NCBI GenBank assembly: GCA_024704765.1 | Contig: JAKMXF010000011.1 | Coordinates: 62,001 to 126,000 of the forward strand | Direction of reading: 5' to 3' | DNA from: Oopsacas minuta | Taxonomy: Eukaryota; Animalia; Porifera | Length of the DNA: 64,000 nt | Shown: in pieces, positions 1 to 13,121 of the stretch | Position numbering within the stretch: the stretch's first letter is position 1 | How the letters are laid out: every line of letters begins with the position of its first letter | Notes under the pieces: generated by a model | What the model was told of the DNA's origin: nothing | Databases searched by the model: none | Seen by the model: the letters and a program-made list of their open reading frames with translations, nothing else | Translations under genes and position numbers: made by a program

Positions 1-363
1 TTGAGATTCTGTTAGTGTAATAGAGTATGATAATACATAATTGAACCATCCAGACTATATCAATACATTAAAAAGGTGAATATATGTGTGTGTAATATAT
101 AACTAAATATATATGTCGCAGTGTAGAACAGTGGGATAGGTTGGTTTAGGGGGCTTTGGTTCAAAATTATGTGCCGGCGCTATCACTTCAAACTCAAATT
201 CGCATTATCAGGGATTATTGGGCATGGATCAGTAAATTTTTGGCTTTCTGTAAGTGCACAATACTAATTTACAATACTATTGAGTAAATTATATATAAAT
301 ATAATTAAACCATAATAACAAATTTCCTAACAGATCAATATCATTTTAAGAATGATTTCCGTC

Positions 364-2033
364 TCAAACAATCCTACACTTGCTAAAAGCAATCAATAAA
401 GCGAATAATGATAAATCGACTGATAAAAACACAAAATAATGTAGGAAAGTCTGCGAAAATAATTGTTCAATCTTTACTCGATATGCGTTATCAGAAATTT
501 TCACTATTCCAACTAGATTATATTCAGATTCTAACAGGAATTCGGTTTTTGGCAAAACATTCGATTTCTGAATTTTTGCCGTAGTATTTTTGCCTCCTTG
601 TAATTGCTTCTTTCTCCTTAATACTATTCAATTACTATGTTTTTGCAACATTGATTATGTTAAAGTGCAGTTTTAATGTTTGTTTTAAGGGATATTTCGT
701 TAGCTTTCTTTTTCTTTTTCATGTGTTAAGTGATAATAATTCTTGATTTCAAGTGGAATATAAATTGATCAAAAATGATAACTATTGTTCATTGTTTAGT
801 TATTATACCTAACATAATGATTTATGTTGGAGAGCAGAAACTCCGGTTTCGGATGTATCTTGAAAAGGATTTCAGTAGTAACAGGGATATGAATTGATGG
901 TAGAAATAGTGAATAATGCATATGAATTGATGGTAGAAATAGTGAAAAATGCAACATCATCAAGTATTGTGAACCATGGCGTAAAATCAAGAGTAGTCTG
1001 TTCAAAATTTCAGGAAATAGTGAATTCTCATTATGATTAAGGTACTGCCTGACTATAAATAGTATTACGATGGGCCAAATTTACAGACATATATACTACT
1101 AAAACGCGATTAATCTATAAACATATGTTAGGTGCTCCATTTGACTCTTTGTTAGAAAACGCTATCGTTTTCCCTTTTTATGTCCTAAATACAATATTGA
1201 TTCATCAAGTAAAAGATAAAAGGGATCAAATAGAGTTAGTGATACTACTATGAATCTTTGTAATGGTGCTAGTTTCTCTACTTGATGTCCGGTTTTCATC
1301 CTAATAGGAGAACATTATAGTATTTCAAAGATAGTGATATGAAAACTTGGATTTTAGTAGTTTGAGGGTGGTTTTATGTCGGATACTAATATCTTTGGTA
1401 GCTAATTGGGTACTATAGAAGATATTAGCGAAAACAGTTGAGATATGGACTAGTCTCATAAAGCATATTTTGAAAATACTTAAACAATAAATTCCAAAAT
1501 GTAAACGAAAATAAACCAAAAAGAATTATTAAGCGAAAAAGAATCACTTCCAAACTACTCAATTTCAAATTTCAGATCTCTTTCAATGAAAAAACAAAAT
1601 AACTCTGCAAATTTGGATGAAAAACAGATATTTTGAATGAGGCATTCCATGTTAATTCAAAGAGAAATATAATTCTCCTAAAAATATTTGGAATTTGCAT
1701 ATTACAACCTGTAGATCTTGTAATAATACCCTGAAACTTTGACATTTCAATCACTTCATAAAGTCAGGTTATGCCACTTTTGTATCCTGTTTTATTGTAT
1801 ATTTTAGATCCTAGAAACTTAATGCTTTTAGTTAAAACTTGATAATTATCAGGGCAGCAGTATTTGTTTGGATATTTTACCGCCTCCCTTGAAAATTTAT
1901 TTTTCTTCGGAGTGTCGGAAAATTTTCTACACATAGGTTTTTTGATTGGATTCAACCAAACTTGACCAAAAGTTAGTCTATTAGTAGAAATATAATACCT
2001 AGAAATTTTGTATACAACATTTTGTAATTCCAT
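364..2033 (-). pseudogene. Decayed, unidentified long coding sequence (probably from a mobile element or virus)
   Basis: Successive minus-strand frames read like one broken protein: ...KYPNKYCCPDNYQVL...LYEVIEMSKFQGIITRSTGCNMQIPNIFRRI...MKTGHQVEKLAPLQRFIVVSLTLFDPFYLLLDESILYLGH...DFTPWFTILDDVAFFTISTINSYPCYY.... Family not recognised. Confidence 0.3.
887..952. repeat. 33-bp tandem duplication (2 copies, 1 mismatch)
   Basis: atatgaattgatggtagaaatagtgaataatgc (887-919) followed by atatgaattgatggtagaaatagtgaaaaatgc (920-952). Confidence 0.9.
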
Positions 2034-2278
2034 CCTTATGTTTAAATGGAAAAGGTTGTTGATGATGGATAATCATGAACTTTCTTCTGGTATCAGTACA
2101 CATAGCATAGAGAGATCTGTGAAAGAATGGTCGTTGTATTAAGTATTTACTTAAGAGTTACTGATACGTATATATCAAATCAGAGCACATATTTAGCAAA
2201 TATTTGATATAGAAATGTCGTTTCGTACCCGGATTCTTATATATTTGCAGTACATAATGTTATGAATTCATGGAATTA

Positions 2279-2379
2279 CAGTCAACTCCGCTTAAACGGC
2301 ACGCATCGGTTCCAGCTCTTTTGTTCTGATTAAGCGGAGTTCTCGATAAACCGGTGTCCCAATGAAACAGAGTTAACTG
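2279..2379. mobile_element. 101-bp Tc1/mariner (pogo/Tigger-like) MITE
   Basis: TA|CAGTCAACTC...GAGTTAACTG|TA: imperfect TIRs with TA on both sides. Confidence 0.55.
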
Positions 2380-3081
2380 TACTGCGCAACCTAGAAATGA
2401 AGATACATAGGGATATTTATAATGATGTTGACTTAACGCGAGATTTTCATTAAGCACAACAAATGTATGTGAGCTTGGAAATTATATTTGCATTGACTCA
2501 ATTGTAGAACTTCGTTAATACGAACCTCATAATTGCCAACCATCCAGCGATCCATGGATTATCCCAGGATTTACCATGATATCGAGGAAAATATAGTATA
2601 TTTTTCGCAATTTCTGATAAAATGGTGAAAATTCATATTAGTTGCATATACAATTAGAAATGGAGGGAAATGTGGAAAATCTCTGGATGTGAAGATAATA
2701 TTTAGGATAATAGTTATATAGGGTTGGCAAGTATGGAACCTAGATAACGCGAACAGATTCTGACAGTCGCTTGTGTTGGTAAACTAATTTCCACTATATT
2801 AGTATTATTCGTTTTTTAAAGGGAAATTCAGAAAATGTGGTCTCTATGGTCCCTGCTGCAAGTCAATTTGTAAAATCAAATAATCGGGATTGAAAGTGAC
2901 ATAGTACAATTTGGAAATTGCAAAGTGCCACGTAACGATTTAATACAGAGGATGCCGGTTACAGGAACGCTTCATTTAAACAGATTTGGATGTAGGAACA
3001 AGATTATAGAAAGCTATTCTAATATCTACTGTATTTTATGCCAATTCTACAAACATAGCTGTATAAAAACCAATTAGACTA

Positions 3082-4403
3082 CTAACGGGTGAGCACTAAA
3101 TTTAGACATATTTTATATTCACCATAACAACGAGATATTTCCAAATTCATAAATCTTTGTTCAGCAATGCATTACTTGTATATAGATTTCAAATTCAAAC
3201 CATTTCAATTATTTTAGAACATGGCATCTGGAGATGGATCATTTGAAAGCGGCACAACGGCGACACATTATTGGACAAATTTTCGTTAAAATTATGAGCA
3301 TGGGATTTCTTATCCAGTTAAGCATTGTTTGGCGTTTGGAATCGCAAGATCTATTATCTACAACATTATTTCTACTATCAAGAATAGAGGAACCCTAAAC
3401 AGGAAGTTGGGTAGCGGTCGCAAGTCTGTCAAATGCCCAAGAGGCTCCGGTGATCTCTATTGTGCAAAATAAGCAATAAAATAGGAGTCTCCACCAGAAA
3501 AATGGCTCGAAAATTCGATATCTCTCAATCATATGTTCGTAAGATTATCAAAGAGAATGGCGCTACATGTCGTAAACATAAGCGAGTCCCAGATAGCAAA
3601 CCCGAACAAGAATTGAGGGCTAAGTCCAGGTTTCTAAAATTGCGGAGAGACTTTTCCCCCATCAAGCACAACTCAATTGTAATGGATCACGAATCGTATT
3701 TCGGACGAAAGGGTGACCATGTCAATGTCAATAAGGATTATTATATTTCAGAATCTGTCTCAGCCAAGTCTCTAAATCCTAGAGTCAGTTACATTCGTAA
3801 ATCCAATTACCTGCCTAAACCTTTAAATTGGTTAGCAATTTCGAAATAAGGAATATTGGAGCCATACTTGTGTCCTCGGAATCTTTCAGTTACTGGCGAA
3901 ATTTACCGAAATCAATGCGTAAAAAAGCATCTAATTCCTTTCATAGAAAGGTTTCATGATGAGGGTGAATATTACTTCTGGACTGATCTAGCAAGTAGCC
4001 ATTATGCGAAAGATATGCTTAAACTTCTTAAGATCTAAATATCCCATATGTTCCAAAATCCCTCATAATATACCCCATTAAGGCCAATTGAGGATTTATG
4101 GGGTTATTTGAAATCCAAAGTTTATGAAGGTGGGTGGGAAGCTAAATCCTTCAGAATGTTGAAGCAAAGGATTCGGAAATCAATTAGGCAAGTAGAATTT
4201 TCAATTGTCCAAAAGCTGTTTCAAGTATCAGGACGAATATCCGAAGATCTGCAGACAATGGCTCATTAGCAGCGATCCATTGAGTTCTAGCTAAATTAAA
4301 ATATAGTTAAACAAGTATGATCGAATTATGCAATACTCTGTTGATAATTGTTACATGCTCAACCAGGATGAAATTTTTTTAATTTTTAGTGCTCACCCGT
4401 TAG
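3082..4403 (+). mobile_element. Degenerate Tc1-like transposon (ITmD37E-like motifs), ~1.32 kb
   Basis: TIR ctaacgggtgagcactaaa at both ends, TA on the left and TT on the right. Broken transposase with HTH (GSGRK, VSTRKMARKFDISQSYVRKI), VMD(H)ESYF, FWTDLASSHYAK and RPIEDLWGYLKSKVYEGGWEA. The frameshift between the second D and the E prevents an exact spacing count. Confidence 0.9.
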
Positions 4404-6014
4404 TTTAAGAAGGTTCTTATAATTAGAACAAATGAAATTAGGGTGCATGACTAGTTCCTACTCCTAAAAACTCTTGTGCCTTCCTAAACTAGTCTTACCC
4501 AGTAACCCCAACCCAGAAAGTCGGGACACTAAAGGGCAAATGTACAAATTTACAGTTGAAAATATATAGGAATCTAAGGATATTGCTGCACAAAACATCA
4601 AAATTTTGCCATTATAGAGTTATTATTGATGATATATCACAATCCGCTACATCATGTCATAACCTCCGAATGAATGTATGTGACCACAGGCAGAATGATT
4701 AACCGGTAAATGGATTTCTACAAACATTCTTCCAATATTTCATCAATAAAACGAAACTAATTAAAAACTCATTTCATTATATTCAAAATTACTCCCATAC
4801 TATTTCTCTCAAAAAAGATAAAGAGAAATATCTGTTGAAAGATTTGCAGTATTATGGATATAAAAAAATAAAATTTAATAAAATAAAAACTGTTTTGAGG
4901 TTAATTCTGGTCCGAAGTAGACTTAAATTAGATAGCAAAACCAAGTTTAAGATAAGTTTTACCAAAACTAAGTATATAGTTAAGTTTAAGCAAAAACTAG
5001 GACAATGTTTAAGTTAAAGTTTTGTTAATACCACACCAGGTGTCATAAATGGGGAAGTGCCCCCCAAATCGTGTGAATTTTCATCATTTTCTGTTACTGC
5101 AAATATTATTCAGCTATTTGGAAAAACAGTTGATATATTTTTTGCCTCCGAATATTGCCCTCTGTGTTTCCCTTCTACCCTCTAAGCTTATACTTTGTAC
5201 TGTGTGTATTTGTGCTTTCACCTTTTGGGCTTAGAGTTAGGAGAAAAATCACGGTATTAGAACAAGTTAACTATGTTAAAAGTAGTGATATGAGTATATG
5301 TAAAATGAGAGATTCTAGTACAGGAGTTCCCATCCCTTGGCCTGCGAGGTCGTTTAAACTTGACTGCCGAATCGCTATGTACACATCATACAATTGTCAT
5401 GTTCCCAACTTCCAATATAGGTGCTTTAAATCTTATAAACGTCCTGGCCCTATTACCAAATTTTATCATCCATATAGTTAATAGAATGATGGTCTTGCTT
5501 TGCCCAACCACAGACTTCTTGAATACCCGAACTTTAAACTTGAATTTACGAATTTAGCATAGGCCGAAAACTCTACTGTGTCCCTACTGATAAATAGTAA
5601 TACGCTAATGCTTGATTCAGGAAATATTATTGTGGTATAGGAAGTAATATGCGACTTCCTATACCAGTCTAATGGTCATATTTGTCGAGGGAAATAAATT
5701 ATGGAATGTGAGTTATACTGTGTTCAAACATAGCCATAAATGGAAATAATGATCACGTAGGCCTGCGCTGGTTTTGTTGTTAAAATTATAGAAATCAATG
5801 CTAATAGAAAAGAAATTTTTTCGAAATACGTGAATTAATTGGTTGGCAGCAATAATTTAGCGAAATTAATCACTCTAAATCCTTATCTTTGACACCTTGT
5901 TGGGCTATAAATTTGATCTATTAGCGAATATTGAATTATAGAAAAATCTAATCCCGTTTCTATACAAACTGTATAAAAACAATGTTATGATAAGGTTGGC
6001 ACGTTTATGAGGTA

Positions 6015-6372
6015 CAGTAGAGACCGTGAATGATACAAGATTTGTCAATTTTCCATGTATAACTTGATAATCGTTGAAATTATCGTCAAATCAGGATTTC
6101 CCAATATAACTCTCATACCTAACCTCGCATAACTTTATAATTCATTTCGATATTATACCTCTAAGGATAATTGCGGAATTACCAAAGTGACAGTATATGG
6201 GCATGTTGCTGATAACGTCACATTGGTAAAAATATTCTAACGAGGAATATTACAAGGGTATGTAAATTTGGGTGTATATATAATATTGGTTATCCTGATT
6301 TGACAAGAATTCCTACAATAATCGAGGTAAAAGTGGATATTGACAAGCATCTGTCATCCATGGTCTCTACTG
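6015..6372. mobile_element. 358-bp pogo/Tigger-like MITE with ~85-bp imperfect TIRs
   Basis: TA|CAGTAGAGACCGTG...CATGGTCTCTACTG|TA. The TIR similarity extends to gtcaaatcaggat / atcctgatttgac. Confidence 0.75.
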
Positions 6373-6756
6373 TAACTCGGGAAGGTGGAAATTTATCATG
6401 ATATTGAAATTTTATTCCCTGTAGAAATGTTATTAGATCATCAAAATTTAAAATTAGGTAAAAGATCAGATGTATAGCTCTACATGAATCAAAGATAAGG
6501 TTTTAGAGTGATTAATTTGGCGTAAATCTTGATACTAAGCAAACAAATTTGCACATTTCGAAAATATTGTTTTGTATTGAAGACGTATTTCCACAATTTT
6601 GTAGCATATTCAATACCTGAAATAAAACTAATACATTTCAAATGTCTAAAGCTAACTGATATCGATAAATTAATAATAATAACTTATATGGAAGGGTGTA
6701 AAATCCCACAACTTACATACCACAAATATTTTCGATAAATTAATGTGACCTGCAGA

Positions 6757-6825
6757 CAGGGGAGTAGCTAGGGTAGGCATAAGAGGCTTTGCCGCACCCT
6801 TTGTGCGGCCCTAGCTGCGACTCGG
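6757..6825. mobile_element. Possible tiny hAT-type MITE (69 bp)
   Basis: Left end caggggagtagctaggg versus right end (reverse complement) ccgagtcgcagctaggg, 12/17 match. Flanking 8-mers cctgcaga / cctgcgaa match at 6/8. Confidence 0.4.
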
Positions 6826-9456
6826 CCTGCGAAGTCCATAAATATGACCTATAATTCGAAAATAAACACTTCCTTAGCCACACAGGAATATGTTCACATT
6901 CCAATCAGAGAAACCAATCTTATCAACTAAACTATTCTCCTTTGGCATTATATACAACATACAAACATTAAAAACATTGGCACATAGTTTAAACACAGCT
7001 TGAGAAGCCGTATTTCTTCCTAAACTAGTTTTGCGAAACAATATGATGAGATATCATGTTATATGCAATAGAAATGCAGACTTTAATACGCATATCTATT
7101 TGTCACAAATACAGACTCAAGCTATAAATATAATACATATTTCTCGAGATATGTGGTAATATGTATTTCAGTTGGCAATCTCGTTTTCAAGCTTTCTCGG
7201 GAAATACTTTACGATATAGTAAATAAGCCATGCTGGATTACAAGATATCAATACACAAGAATGTTTTCGGCCTAAGCTAATATCACCTTGAAATAGAAGT
7301 TGAAAGTCTGAGTACTCAATATATCTGTGGTCTAACATAATCAGGGTGACCGTATGTATTTGCGACCACAAACAGTTACATAGAATTAAATATTTTGCTA
7401 TTTCTACTATAATCAGGTAACCATTGAAATTGCGACTAAATAAATAGCATTTCATTTTACAACTGATACATTGCAGCAAACGTGGACACAGTTCAAAGGG
7501 AAATTTGTGTCGATATTCGTAATCAGCATAAGTTTCCTACTGTTGAACAAATTTGCCTAGCAACGCAAGAACTCAAGAATGTATCTACATTCCTTTCGAA
7601 TATTATATCCAAATCATATCCAATGACCCACGTTCGAAGCCGTTAGACAAGCTGAGTCTAGTTACACACGTTTTAAGAATCAGAAGATGTAAAGAAAAAT
7701 GCACTGTCATCATTTTGCGGTCACAATATTGGGTTACGAAATTGGAAATATTTCTTCGTGAAGTCCTTGGTTCAATAGCTCCCAAAATATATAGCGTAAC
7801 AATTCCCCTGCAAAATAACGAAATTGAAAGGAACCTGACAAAACTATTATAAGAAAATCAACAGGCTCGGGAGGACAAAAATAGTGTCTAAAGATAGTTT
7901 AGATGGTTAATATGTGTGTAAGTAAACTCAGAAAGCCTAGCGGCGTCGAACAAGGAGTTAACCGATTGTTAATGATTGCTAGGAAAAATTTTTCCAGATA
8001 TGTTGGCTACTTGAAAGACGGGAATTTTAGTTTGATTACGAAAATCACTATAAAAATTAAATACCATTGAAATTGTAGATTGTATATGAGTTTCCATGTA
8101 TAAATGATAATAAAGTAAACTTCCTTTATATCCTAGTCCGAGTTATCAAGAGTCCCGTGACAAAATAGTGATTATTTGCATCATAGCTTGAGGTTAATTT
8201 ATAAAAGGAAGAGGAAATATTGTGATGGGAAAACAGTAACTGGTGCATAATTACCCGAATAAATGTATTATTGATGTGCAACATTCACAAAAAACACATT
8301 TGTGGAAAAGTTCAGATTAAAGTGACGTCATCTGTAGCGTAATTGTCAAATATGTATAAAAATGGCCCATCTGTTAATCCATGTAAAACTCAAAAGATTG
8401 ATTCATACTAAAATGCAGGAATACCGAATGATCACAATATTTTCCCTATAAATTTGTTATACAAAGTTCGCACATTAATTTTGTCAATATCCTCATATAT
8501 CATATTTCAATGAAAACGCTCAGGAGACTAAAGAAATAGTTGGAAAATGTGATTAAAAATTTATCACCACCCTCTAGAAGAATATTTGTTAATATTTACG
8601 GTACATTAGATAATAATACAAATTAGGATAAAAGGTTCCCAAATCTTTTGAATTTTCAAAAATTGAAAAAATACATATAGTATACATTCAACTTTCCATA
8701 CCCTTGTAATTCACTATGATATGATTTCCTAGGAGGATTGCAAATAAAGCACATAAAAAAGACCAGATATGAGCATAATCAGGATAATGTCATATTGGCA
8801 AGAGATATCATACCAAAATGTATTTAAGGATATGGGAAATCGAATATATACTATACATTGGCCTTGCAGATTGAACACAATTGTATAAAAAATCGAGTTA
8901 TAAGTGGATTAGGACGAAACATGTGACATCTATGGTCTCTACGATATTTAAAATTTGGGTTCATTATCATGATAAATTTGTATATTATATACAAAAGGTT
9001 TTACATCACTTAGTATTTCAATATTTACATGATAGATCAATAATGAACATTCAAAATGGTTTCAAAGATGGAGCACTTTAGCACATATATGACGTCACAT
9101 CGAACTTAAAATGTTCCAAAATGTGTTTTTTGCTAACTGTTACATATCAAAAATACAAATATTCAGGTGAAATGTATCAGTTTCTTATTATCAGGATGAT
9201 AAAATTGCACATCAAAATGTATACGCATCCTTTGTTCCCCTGTCTAGCAAAAATTGACTCAGCGAGCTGGCCAGAGATTAGTAGGCTATCCCTCAATATA
9301 GGCGAATGAAATGATATACCTAATATAATCAGATCTCAGTTAGATATGAGCATGATTGTATATGGTAAAAAAAACAATCTAAATAGTGGAAAATAGCTCA
9401 AATTCCAAAAGATTATAGATAGCAAAAATTGTAACAACTAATATCTTTGAGATATA

Positions 9457-10798
9457 CAGGGTGCAACAAAAGTATTGTCGTCATTTTAATATACATTAAA
9501 TTCAAATACCACATTCGTATACAACCCTCGTAATTGATTTCTCTCAGTAAATATGTGTTTATACTACTTAGTTAAACTCGAGTGAAGTCAAATCTTACAT
9601 AAATATATTTTTGGAATTATTGTCGTCATTTTGAAAATTTCTGCTTAATGGTAGTGATATGAATGTCCAGGATTACGGATTATCTTTAAGATCTCAGGCA
9701 TTGAGGATGCTTGAAGCAGGAGAAACGCCTAAAAAGGTTGCTCAAGTGTGGAATGTCAATATTCGATCAGTTCAGAGATGGGGGCCTGGCGATAAATTGG
9801 GATTTTACATGGAATCGAAGCCTAAGTCTGGACGGCCGCCAAAAATTGATAGTGTGCGAAAATTGTCATCGCAAGTCTTTGGGGAAGAGAAGGCAATCTA
9901 CACGAAAGCTAGCTCTGAGATTAACGAGAAGAGGTTGTGATATCTCTCACACCTCTGTACATCGATATTTAAGAAGTCTCTAGGTACTACGCCATTTAAA
10001 ACGCCGAAAATGCCTCGATTGACCTTGAAAATGAAGAAAAACCGGATCGAATTTGAGCAGAAACACAAGGATTGGACTGTAGAAGATTGGAATAGAGTTC
10101 TGTAGTCGGATGGATCTCCATTCGAATTGTTTGCAACCCAAACAGACAGAATGACCGAGTTTAGAGCAAGGATTCTGGTTCAATTGAACCTTGCACAAAG
10201 ATAAAATTTCAGGCGAAAATTCACGTTTGGGGCATTGATGCCTCACCAAGCCCTATCTAAGCTGCATGTTATATCTCAGGGGCAAACTATTAATGGAGAG
10301 TACTATCGTACGAAGATTTTGGCTGGATCTTGCAAAGATGCGATCAATAGAACAGCAAAAAATGGATCGGTTTTACAGCGGGCCATGACTTCAAAGATGT
10401 CCGAGATAATTTTTATGCAGACGGGGCTCCCGCTCATACGGCCAAACTAACGCAAGAATGGTGCAAACTGAATCTTCCAGCGTTTTGGCAGTAAGCGGAG
10501 TGGCCTGGGAACTCACCTGACCTCAATCCCATTGAAAACTTATGGTCAATACTGAAAAACAAAGTAGAAGAGTTTGAGCAAGCAAGCACCGAGAATAACC
10601 TCATCAAAAATTTGGAAAAGGCATGGAGTGGTATTTCAGGAGATGTTTTGCAAAATATGGTCTCCAGTATGCCCAGGCGAGTAGCACTCGTATTAGAAAG
10701 ACAAGGATACTAAATTGGGAAGTAATAATGTAATAATTGTTGTATTTTGCCTACGTTTGATTCATTATATGAAACGATAATACTTTTGTTACACCCTG
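9457..10798 (+). mobile_element. Full-length degenerate Tc1-like transposon with D-x37-E spacing (1,342 bp)
   Basis: TA|CAGGGTGCAACAAAAGTATTGTCG ... CGATAATACTTTTGTTACACCCTG|TA. Transposase remnant at ~9659-10720 with KSGRPPK, VL*SDGSPF, and MQ(D)[40 protein letters not shown]. It carries several frameshifts and stops. Confidence 0.93.
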
Positions 10799-12149
10799 TA
10801 CAAATTATTTATTTCAGAACCGCACCAAAAACCCTGGGACATTTGATAAATCCATAACTTTAAATATTATGAGAGATTTCGTTTTGTTGATTCCCCATCA
10901 ATTGTATAAATACTTAGTGAAACTTCCAATAACTGCCCATCGATCTCAAGAAATCCCATATTTTAGTATTGTTGTTTGGGAAATATATTGTAGTAGGGCT
11001 GTTAAGCTCACATTTTTCAGGATAATGTACATTCTTCTTTAAAGGCATGAATGTTCCCCCATAACATCTAAATACCAAAAGGAGTAATTGTAGAGGTGAC
11101 AACAATTCAAAACGGCGTCTAACCCCAGTGTCGGACATTTTTACGTGCCTCTTTGCGACACATTCTGATAATCTTAATTCCTGTATACATACATTAGGTT
11201 TCTGTATTACGATTTGTAGGTTGATATTCCTATCAGTTTAAAATTCCATTCCTTTGAGTGGCCACTCGAGTATGCTTGCCAATATTCTTTGAAAGGGATC
11301 ATAGCCTATCTACTATATAATATAAAAATTCAAATCACTGTCTGTGTGGGTTATTGAAATTATGCTATTCTACTAAATATCAATTTAGGAAAGAATATAT
11401 ATTGAATTTAAATTATCTTGTTGGACATACAAAAATGTTATAATCAAATCCTGCATACCTATTTAACCCTATTTAACAAGTGTAAGCTAATCTCTGGGAT
11501 AATTTTGAAATGTTCACTAAAAGGTGAGAAAATAATATTAATCATAGGATCGATAAAATGATAAATCAGAGTATATATATTTAATTGAATGCATTGACCA
11601 ATTGAATTGCAGGCTACATCAATACCAATACAATACAGTGCTAAGTAAATCACATACACTCCGCCAGAACTAATATTATGCATTTAAGCCTATTGCAAAA
11701 CCCTACAATCTGATTGGGCGATAATACAGAGGGGCAAAATAAGTGAAGATATACAGATTAGAATATTCCAAATGTCAGGTGCACAACTATATGTCATTAA
11801 GAGTATACATGCATAATGTAGTCTTAATCTCCTATGGTGAGAACTGTAGAGCGAAAACATATATAAGTAGATATACTAAGTCAACGATTTCATAACTGAG
11901 CCACTATACTATGTAATAGTACATTAAAAATGGGTTGTTTTTGTGTGTATATGTATTTGTCCAGAATTAATCAGAAAATCCATGTCGTAAAAGCTCAAAA
12001 TTTCCACACATTGGTAATTTTGCCCTGCGATAATGATCTATTGGAGTTTCTTATAGGATAGTATAGGCATATATATACATGTATATTATGGAGTAAAACA
12101 CAAGTAAGATAATTTTGCTAAGTAAATATTTTGAGAAGATGCCTCCTTA

Positions 12150-13121
12150 AAGGAAACCAGAAATTAAGAGTGGGAAACGGTTTAGGATTGATGCTGAACG
12201 AAAGCGATGAGAACGGGATCACTAGACTGCTGAGCAGAGCAGATACCGTCTAGGCAAGCATACTGAACTCCAGTCTGCTATCTGAAAATGAGAATGTGAT
12301 AATTGCTAAACTTTCAGCGAAGCAAGGCTACCAGTATACTAATAGACTGTCCGAGACAGATCAGCAGACTGCAGTGTGTCTTGACACAATGAGAGCCCAC
12401 ACAAATATATGAAAGATTCTGAGACCGATGAACAACATGATAACCGCTTGGAACAAAGCGTTGAGTTATATCATAATTCTCTAATTTCCAAAATGTCTGC
12501 TAATTTACCCCGGTCTAACCCAGCCAGTGAAGATACTGACTAAATTGTAAACGAATTTCCAACGTGGTATGATATTCGTCTGCTCATTTTGTGGGTCAGC
12601 AAATGCTGTCACCTCATGAGATACTGACCTTCTTATGTAAGCCTCTAGCACATGTGCACACTATCGAGTTCCAGAAGCGGAGATTACCCCATGCATATAT
12701 ATTGTTATACTAACTGACTATAACAAAACAACGTGATCTGTCTCAGCATGATAGTATAGTATGCGCCGAGATACCAGATCCTGTTCTTCAGCCTATACTA
12801 TATAGCATTGTTAAACTTTGTATGGGCCAATGGTCGATGTGGTGTGGCAAAGAGAAACGCTCCTTGCACGCGTGACGGTAGTTGTTTTAAGAAGTTCCCC
12901 AAAAGATTCTCTGATGTGACAACTACTGAATCCATCTTCAGTCATGGGAAACAATATGTTGCATTCAGTCACGTCCAACATCCTTCCGGCTTTAAAGTAA
13001 TGATTAGTGGAGATTCCTCCTCTATATTCGGCCGACTATGGGTAAAAAATGTAAAGTATTGCAGAATTATTTGGAGTATATTACCCCTTGCAGTAGGACA
13101 TATCTGTCATGGATATGTCCT
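12150..13121 (+). mobile_element. Internally deleted Helitron remnant
   Basis: N-terminal charged repeats (RLSETDQQTAV.LDTMR) and a C-x2-C remnant (VCSFCGS). ORF 12808-13149 joins a Rep-region motif (GRCGVAKRNAPCTRDGSCFKKFPKRFSDVT) directly to the PIF1 helicase C-terminal motif (IFSHGKQYVAFSHVQHPSG...VKNV). A 10-bp-stem hairpin lies at 13095-13121. Boundaries are approximate. Confidence 0.75.
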
